Source of the DNA: Octopus vulgaris
Taxonomy: Eukaryota
Length of the DNA: 64,000 nucleotides
NCBI GenBank assembly: GCA_951406725.2
Contig: OX597815.1
Span: forward strand, 65,782,001 to 65,846,000
Direction: 5' to 3'
Both the position numbers and the translations under genes were made by a program. Positions 55,236-64,000 of the stretch are shown one piece after another; the stretch's first letter is position 1; each line of letters opens with the position of its first letter. The notes beneath the pieces are model-generated. The model was given only the letters and a program-made list of their open reading frames with translations, was not told where the DNA came from and made no database searches.

Positions 55236-57201
55236 TAATTCATATAAATTTGCCATAAAGGCATTACATAGAGGAGTAGCTGCGGGCTGGACAAAAACAT
55301 TAATGAGATGAGGATGATAATGATGAACAAAAATGGGAGTGGCACCGGCATCCGCCGACCGATAACTCCCAGAAATCACTGTTCTTTCATTTTACATTAA
55401 AATACAAACATTACACATCAATCATTAATCCTCCTCGTCAGAGCTCCCAGGCAAGTGACCCGCCGCCTGCAGACAACTCCGCATCGACAGGTCGGGGCCT
55501 GCGAGGAAGAAGGCAAATTCCTCCTTGTCGAAGGTCGCTGTGACCCTCGACAAAACTTTGCACGTTATTACCTCCGCAGCCACCTGCGGAGGCCATCATG
55601 CGCTGCTTGTGCAGGCCGAGTACGCCCGGTCTCGGTCGCCCGTGCCGTTCAAAAATTTACTACCTGTCCCTCCCTCGTGGTAAAGGAGGACAAACTCCTC
55701 CTCCTCCTCCCCACGGGGAGGAACCTCGAACTGCTCTGTCAGTGGCACACTTCCCACTGACGGAGCCGTATTCGCTAGTGACACACATCCCACTAGCGGT
55801 TCTATCGGCGACCCAAGAACATCCGCCGACCGTCCCCCGCTCCTCTTTTCCTCTTTCTTTTTGAAGCTACGGGAGCAGGGGGCTGCGTCGACAGACGCGG
55901 GGTGGGTCAGTACCCTCCTCCGCCGCCTGTACATTTTTTGGTGAGCAACCATTTTTGCTCACCTTTCTTTTTCTTTTCGTGGAGGCAACTTCCTCCATGA
56001 CTTCCACCGTCTCCCCTTCCAATGAGGGGGCGGCGGGCACTTTTTCTTTTTTATGCTCCAGGGCCTTACCGCGTCCCTGGCGGCAGTTCTTCTTGATATG
56101 GCCAGGCTCCAGGAACAGGTGACACTTGGAGGATGGGCGTCCCTCAAGAATCACCGGATACCTAGACCCGGCCATTCTCAAAAAGTCTGCAAATACCAGA
56201 CTTTCGGCTGACTGGGTCCATAGGGTCAAAACAGCTTTAGACCCCTTCCCAGTCAACCGCAGGCAGAATATTTACACCGAGGAGCTTGGTACTACTGCCA
56301 CCCAGACCCCGGCGGATAGTCTCCTCTATCCACTCGGGCTCAATTCCGGGTGGCAGCCCACACACCCAAGTTCTCATTAATTTTCGCCCTCCGTATGTGG
56401 GGAGAAACAAAATCTTCTCCCCTCCCATCGGTTGGCACGCATACCCTTTTGCCTCCGTAGGGGTGTCAAATAGAACACACACAGTTCCATATTTTGCACC
56501 CCTACGAATAAAACGAAAAGTTGGCAGGTACTCTGCCAACTCTTTCTCATATCCGACTGAGAGAACTCAGCGATGGTTTCAAGGACCCTTGAGTAGGTCT
56601 TTAACACCACCGTTCTCTCAGTATAATTTTTTAGCCAATCTTTTGGGCCACAATTCGCCACTCCAAAGCGGTATTCTTTGTTGCCATTTCCCAAAATGCA
56701 ATGAAAATAAAATGTTCCAAAAATGTTCAAATAAAAAGTCGATAATGTAACACAAAGACAGAATGGAAAGACAGACGTGAGAAAAAAAGGAATGAAGGGA
56801 GACAGTTCAATTGGCAACAAAATTCTGCTACTCAGGTAATCCGCAGCACAAAAAATTAAATTTTCCGCCGTCCTCGCAATCCTTGCCTGAATGGCAAATC
56901 CAAACGTACGGGCACGAACACAGCAAAAAAAAAAACAGACAAAAAATTTTCCTGGAGGGAATACGCCTCCCCAAAACACTATTCTCACTACAAAATGAGT
57001 CCTTTGGCAGAACCACAGGCAGGCAAACATCTGGGACAGAGTGGAGGCTATTACTCAACAAAAATTATTAATTACAGAGCAATAAAGCCCCCAAAAATAA
57101 AACAAACGCCTACCTGTAGTCGTGCTTCAAAATGTTCAATTTTCACGTCGCAAGATGTGACTTCTAAGCAGCATGAAAAATGCGAACTCTTCAGTCAATG
57201 A
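55236..57201 (-). mobile_element. LINE-like element encoding only a frameshifted ORF1 (gag-like, zinc knuckle remnant), with no ORF2
   Basis: ORF pieces 56237-56539, 55867-56256 and 55596-55952. CHLFLEPGHIKKNC is a decayed CX2CX4HX4C. Imperfect 16-17-bp TSD. Confidence 0.65.
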
Positions 57202-57248
57202 GGTAAACCAAGCTACTTACCACACAGCCACTCATGCGCCTATGTATG

Positions 57249-57326
<78 letters not shown>

Positions 57327-57845
57327 TGTGTGTTACCATCGGCCATCTTTCTTTCTTCTCCTAACTTGTGTTTCTTTCTTTCTCTCCGTTGTAGCTGGAA
57401 CAAAGAAGATGTGTTTTGTCTGTCCCTTGTCCAAGATTGCTTTACGCGTTCACCACCACAACATCGTTTAGGCTTAGCAGCCTTTCCTGTTTGTTTTTAT
57501 TGTCATGTTTGTATTACCAATTTTGACCCTCCGCAAAATCCCAAATATAATTTAATTTGCTTTGCGGAAGCAACTATTTTATCAAAAGCGTATATTGTTG
57601 TTAAATGCTCGAAATACGAGAAGAGAAAAACAGCCAACAACTGATGAAGGGTCGTTCTTTATGTTGTTTGTCTTGTTTTCCATTTGTGTCTTTCGTTCTT
57701 CGAAAAAGCAGTTCATATTCCATGTACTCGTACTTCGTATTTTATTGTTGTACACGTTTCATGACGTCCTGTGTCCACATATGCATATATATATATATAT
57801 ATATACGTATAGATGTAAGTATGTACATATACGTATGTATATATG

Positions 57846-57894
<49 letters not shown>

Positions 57895-57897
57895 ATA

Positions 57898-58620
57898 TAA
57901 AATAAATATAAGAGAGTGGTCACTATATTGCTCACTCTAGCACCAGTTAATCCAAAAGGTTTCAACCACGAAAATACATGCTTCCCATGAAAGTCAGTAC
58001 GATTGTTAGCTCACACGGACAGGGCAAATAAAAAATAACAAAAATACAGATTATTTTGGGACAATTGTTTCGCTATTAATGAATTAAATGTAATTTTACC
58101 TACAAAAAATCCATTTGTAGCTCGTCAGCCAAGACTATCTGGATGAAATCCACTCAATCACACGCCAGATTTTACCATAACGATAAATACGCGTGCGGTT
58201 CAATTGATTACATCCGACGTTATAATTCAAATGCCCCAACCAACAGCGCGCCAAACTTTCACGGAAAACAAATACAGCATTTAGAAATAAATGCAGCATA
58301 ATTATAATTAATTAATAAGGGTGAGAGAATTAGATACTAATTTAATAGTATATTTATTCAACACCAAGTGGCCTAGTGCTCTGAGAAACCTGGATTATTA
58401 TAATATTTTATAACATATTATAATATTTTTACAAAATAAATATAAGAGAGTGGTCACTATATTGCTCACTCTAGCACCAGTTAATCCAAAAGGTTTCAAC
58501 CACGAAAATACATGCTTCCCATGAAAGTCAGTACGATTGTTAGCTCACACGGACAGGGCAAATAAAAAATAACAAAAATACAGATTATTTTGGGACAATT
58601 GTTTCGCTATTAATGAATTA
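57898..58620 (-). repeat. Inverted 1.35 copies of the 534-bp hammerhead unit (full ribozyme at 58056-58132)
   Basis: Reverse complement of the array unit. 'tataagagag' at 57907 and 58441 gives period 534. Abuts (TA)n on the left. Confidence 0.95.
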
Positions 58621-61600
58621 GGCCACTTGGTGTTGAATAAATATACTATTAAATTAGTATCTAATTCTCTCACCCTTATTAATTAATTATAATTATGCTG
58701 CATTTATTTCTAAATGCTGTATTTGTTTTCCGTGAAAGTTTGGCGCGCTGTTGGTTGGGGCATTTGAATTATAACGTCGGATGTAATCAATTGAACCGCA
58801 CGCGTATTTATCGTTATGGTAAAATCTGGCGTGTGATTGAGTGGATTTCATCCAGATAGTCTTGGCTGACGAGCTACAAATGGATTTTTTGTAGGTAAAA
58901 TTACATTTAATTCATTAATAGCGAAACAATTGTCCCAAAATAATCTGTATTTTTGTTATTTTTTATTTGCCCTGTCCGTGTGAGCTAACAATCGTACTGA
59001 CTTTCATGGGAAGCATGTATTTTCGTGGTTGAAACCTTTTGGATTAACTGGTGCTAGAGTGAGCAATATAGTGACCACTCTCTTATATTTATTTTGTAAA
59101 AATATTATAATATGTTATAAAATATTATAATAATCCAGGTTTCTCAGAGCACTAGGCCACTTGGTGTTGAATAAATATACTATTAAATTAGTATCTAATT
59201 CTCTCACCCTTATTAATTAATTATAATTATGCTGCATTTATTTCTAAATGCTGTATTTGTTTTCCGTGAAAGTTTGGCGCGCTGTTGGTTGGGGCATTTG
59301 AATTATAACGTCGGATGTAATCAATTGAACCGCACGCGTATTTATCGTTATGGTAAAATCTGGCGTGTGATTGAGTGGATTTCATCCAGATAGTCTTGGC
59401 TGACGAGCTACAAATGGATTTTTTGTAGGTAAAATTACATTTAATTCATTAATAGCGAAACAATTGTCCCAAAATAATCTGTATTTTTGTTATTTTTTAT
59501 TTGCCCTGTCCGTGTGAGCTAACAATCGTACTGACTTTCATGGGAAGCATGTATTTTCGTGGTTGAAACCTTTTGGATTAACTGGTGCTAGAGTGAGCAA
59601 TATAGTGACCACTCTCTTATATTTATTTTGTAAAAATATTATAATATGTTATAAAATATTATAATAATCCAGGTTTCTCAGAGCACTAGGCCACTTGGTG
59701 TTGAATAAATATACTATTAAATTAGTATCTAATTCTCTCACCCTTATTAATTAATTATAATTATGCTGCATTTATTTCTAAATGCTGTATTTGTTTTCCG
59801 TGAAAGTTTGGCGCGCTGTTGGTTGGGGCATTTGAATTATAACGTCGGATGTAATCAATTGAACCGCACGCGTATTTATCGTTATGGTAAAATCTGGCGT
59901 GTGATTGAGTGGATTTCATCCAGATAGTCTTGGCTGACGAGCTACAAATGGATTTTTGTAGGTAAAATTACATTTAATTCATTAATAGCGAAACAATTGT
60001 CCCAAAATAATCTGTATTTTTGTTATTTTTTATTTGCCCTGTCCGTGTGAGCTAACAATCGTACTGACTTTCATGGGAAGCATGTATTTTCGTGGTTGAA
60101 ACCTTTTGGATTAACTGGTGCTAGAGTGAGCAATATAGTGACCACTCTCTTATATTTATTTTGTAAAAATATTATAATATGTTATAAAATATTATAATAA
60201 TCCAGGTTTCTCAGAGCACTAGGCCACTTGGTGTTGAATAAATATACTATTAAATTAGTATCTAATTCTCTCACCCTTATTAATTAATTATAATTATGCT
60301 GCATTTATTTCTAAATGCTGTATTTGTTTTCCGTGAAAGTTTGGCGCGCTGTTGGTTGGGGCATTTGAATTATAACGTCGGATGTAATCAATTGAACCGC
60401 ACGCGTATTTATCGTTATGGTAAAATCTGGCGTGTGATTGAGTGGATTTCATCCAGATAGTCTTGGCTGACGAGCTACAAATGGATTTTTTGTAGGTAAA
60501 ATTACATTTAATTCATTAATAGCGAAACAATTGTCCCAAAATAATCTGTATTTTTGTTATTTTTTATTTGCCCTGTCCGTGTGAGCTAACAATCGTACTG
60601 ACTTTCATGGGAAGCATGTATTTTCGTGGTTGAAACCTTTTGGATTAACTGGTGCTAGAGTGAGCAATATAGTGACCACTCTCTTATATTTATTTTGTAA
60701 AAATATTATAATATGTTATAAAATATTATAATAATCCAGGTTTCTCAGAGCACTAGGCCACTTGGTGTTGAATAAATATACTATTAAATTAGTATCTAAT
60801 TCTCTCACCCTTATTAATTAATTATAATTATGCTGCATTTATTTCTAAATGCTGTATTTGTTTTCCGTGAAAGTTTGGCGCGCTGTTGGTTGGGGCATTT
60901 GAATTATAACGTCGGATGTAATCAATTGAACCGCACGCGTATTTATCGTTATGGTAAAATCTGGCGTGTGATTGAGTGGATTTCATCCAGATAGTCTTGG
61001 CTGACGAGCTACAAATGGATTTTTTGTAGGTAAAATTACATTTAATTCATTAATAGCGAAACAATTGTCCCAAAATAATCTGTATTTTTGTTATTTTTTA
61101 TTTGCCCTGTCCGTGTGAGCTAACAATCGTACTGACTTTCATGGGAAGCATGTATTTTCGTGGTTGAAACCTTTTGGATTAACTGGTGCTAGAGTGAGCA
61201 ATATAGTGACCACTCTCTTATATTTATTTTGTAAAAATATTATAATATGTTATAAAATATTATAATAATCCAGGTTTCTCAGAGCACTAGGCCACTTGGT
61301 GTTGAATAAATATACTATTAAATTAGTATCTAATTCTCTCACCCTTATTAATTAATTATAATTATGCTGCATTTATTTCTAAATGCTGTATTTGTTTTCC
61401 GTGAAAGTTTGGCGCGCTGTTGGTTGGGGCATTTGAATTATAACGTCGGATGTAATCAATTGAACCGCACGCGTATTTATCGTTATGGTAAAATCTGGCG
61501 TGTGATTGAGTGGATTTCATCCAGATAGTCTTGGCTGACGAGCTACAAATGGATTTTTTGTAGGTAAAATTACATTTAATTCATTAATAGCGAAACAATT

Positions 61601-64000
61601 GTCCCAAAATAATCTGTATTTTTGTTATTTTTTATTTGCCCTGTCCGTGTGAGCTAACAATCGTACTGACTTTCATGGGAAGCATGTATTTTCGTGGTTG
61701 AAACCTTTTGGATTAACTGGTGCTAGAGTGAGCAATATAGTGACCACTCTCTTATATTTATTTTGTAAAAATATTATAATATGTTATAAAATATTATAAT
61801 AATCCAGGTTTCTCAGAGCACTAGGCCACTTGGTGTTGAATAAATATACTATTAAATTAGTATCTAATTCTCTCACCCTTATTAATTAATTATAATTATG
61901 CTGCATTTATTTCTAAATGCTGTATTTGTTTTCCGTGAAAGTTTGGCGCGCTGTTGGTTGGGGCATTTGAATTATAACGTCGGATGTAATCAATTGAACC
62001 GCACGCGTATTTATCGTTATGGTAAAATCTGGCGTGTGATTGAGTGGATTTCATCCAGATAGTCTTGGCTGACGAGCTACAAATGGATTTTTTGTAGGTA
62101 AAATTACATTTAATTCATTAATAGCGAAACAATTGTCCCAAAATAATCTGTATTTTTGTTATTTTTTATTTGCCCTGTCCGTGTGAGCTAACAATCGTAC
62201 TGACTTTCATGGGAAGCATGTATTTTCGTGGTTGAAACCTTTTGGATTAACTGGTGCTAGAGTGAGCAATATAGTGACCACTCTCTTATATTTATTTTGT
62301 AAAAATATTATAATATGTTATAAAATATTATAATAATCCAGGTTTCTCAGAGCACTAGGCCACTTGGTGTTGAATAAATATACTATTAAATTAGTATCTA
62401 ATTCTCTCACCCTTATTAATTAATTATAATTATGCTGCATTTATTTCTAAATGCTGTATTTGTTTTCCGTGAAAGTTTGGCGCGCTGTTGGTTGGGGCAT
62501 TTGAATTATAACGTCGGATGTAATCAATTGAACCGCACGCGTATTTATCGTTATGGTAAAATCTGGCGTGTGATTGAGTGGATTTCATCCAGATAGTCTT
62601 GGCTGACGAGCTACAAATGGATTTTTTGTAGGTAAAATTACATTTAATTCATTAATAGCGAAACAATTGTCCCAAAATAATCTGTATTTTTGTTATTTTT
62701 TATTTGCCCTGTCCGTGTGAGCTAACAATCGTACTGACTTTCATGGGAAGCATGTATTTTCGTGGTTGAAACCTTTTGGATTAACTGGTGCTAGAGTGAG
62801 CAATATAGTGACCACTCTCTTATATTTATTTTGTAAAAATATTATAATATGTTATAAAATATTATAATAATCCAGGTTTCTCAGAGCACTAGGCCACTTG
62901 GTGTTGAATAAATATACTATTAAATTAGTATCTAATTCTCTCACCCTTATTAATTAATTATAATTATGCTGCATTTATTTCTAAATGCTGTATTTGTTTT
63001 CCGTGAAAGTTTGGCGCGCTGTTGGTTGGGGCATTTGAATTATAACGTCGGATGTAATCAATTGAACCGCACGCGTATTTATCGTTATGGTAAAATCTGG
63101 CGTGTGATTGAGTGGATTTCATCCAGATAGTCTTGGCTGACGAGCTACAAATGGATTTTTTGTAGGTAAAATTACATTTAATTCATTAATAGCGAAACAA
63201 TTGTCCCAAAATAATCTGTATTTTTGTTATTTTTTATTTGCCCTGTCCGTGTGAGCTAACAATCGTACTGACTTTCATGGGAAGCATGTATTTTCGTGGT
63301 TGAAACCTTTTGGATTAACTGGTGCTAGAGTGAGCAATATAGTGACCACTCTCTTATATTTATTTTGTAAAAATATTATAATATGTTATAAAATATTATA
63401 ATAATCCAGGTTTCTCAGAGCACTAGGCCACTTGGTGTTGAATAAATATACTATTAAATTAGTATCTAATTCTCTCACCCTTATTAATTAATTATAATTA
63501 TGCTGCATTTATTTCTAAATGCTGTATTTGTTTTCCGTGAAAGTTTGGCGCGCTGTTGGTTGGGGCATTTGAATTATAACGTCGGATGTAATCAATTGAA
63601 CCGCACGCGTATTTATCGTTATGGTAAAATCTGGCGTGTGATTGAGTGGATTTCATCCAGATAGTCTTGGCTGACGAGCTACAAATGGATTTTTTGTAGG
63701 TAAAATTACATTTAATTCATTAATAGCGAAACAATTGTCCCAAAATAATCTGTATTTTTGTTATTTTTTATTTGCCCTGTCCGTGTGAGCTAACAATCGT
63801 ACTGACTTTCATGGGAAGCATGTATTTTCGTGGTTGAAACCTTTTGGATTAACTGGTGCTAGAGTGAGCAATATAGTGACCACTCTCTTATATTTATTTT
63901 GTAAAAATATTATAATATGTTATAAAATATTATAATAATCCAGGTTTCTCAGAGCACTAGGCCACTTGGTGTTGAATAAATATACTATTAAATTAGTATC
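58621..64000 (+). repeat. Tandem array of a 534-bp non-coding hammerhead-ribozyme unit; 10 full copies plus a partial, continuing beyond the window
   Basis: ggccacttgg at 58621, 59155, 59689, 60222, 60756, 61290, 61824, 62358, 62892, 63426 and 63960. The only difference noticed is a 1-nt T deletion in unit 3. Confidence 0.98.
58853..58947 (+). ncRNA. Type I hammerhead ribozyme, first of 10 plus-strand copies (proximal stem I starts at 58862, 59396, 59930, 60463, 60997, 61531, 62065, 62599, 63133, 63667)
   Basis: TTGG-CTGACGA-GCTA-[42 nt]-TAGC-GAAAC-AATT-GTC^CCAA. All conserved core nucleotides present, predicted cleavage after 58934. Stem I is extended by CAGAT/ATCTG across a 4x4 internal loop. 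Confidence 0.93.

Noticed and set aside
57600-57660. CTGATGA plus nearby GAAA as a hammerhead
   Set aside because: GAAA lies upstream of CTGATGA and I could not build stems I-III in any permutation.
58621-64000. CRISPR array, rDNA/5S or telomeric interpretation of the tandem repeat
   Set aside because: Units are identical end to end with no variable spacers, no cas genes, and no rRNA or telomere motif recognised.

Overview
Eukaryotic, repeat-saturated, apparently gene-free 64 kb. The SINE and microsatellite landscape looks like an octopus/coleoid genome (inference). Almost all ORFs in the track are translations of (CA)n/(TA)n/(TATG)n/(TAA)n microsatellites. Real coding remnants are all from mobile elements: two 5'-truncated Penelope-like retroelements (RT + C-terminal GIY-YIG), a third GIY-YIG tip inside a 2.9-kb foldback, an R4/Dong-type RLE LINE end in (TAA)n, an ORF1-only LINE-like element, mariner/Tc1/DD37D transposase relics, a young non-coding LTR element and a Helitron-like element, plus many tRNA-derived SINEs. 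The standout is the last 6.1 kb: a near-perfect tandem array of a 534-bp non-coding unit (10 full copies, running off the window, preceded by 1.35 inverted copies). Every unit carries an intact type I hammerhead ribozyme with an unusually long stem II, so it is a candidate retrozyme / circular-RNA-producing ribozyme satellite. About a dozen further intact, variant or decayed hammerheads occur across the window, several in head-to-head inverted fragments ending in (TA)n. All RNA structures were read by eye, and boundaries of decayed repeats are approximate.
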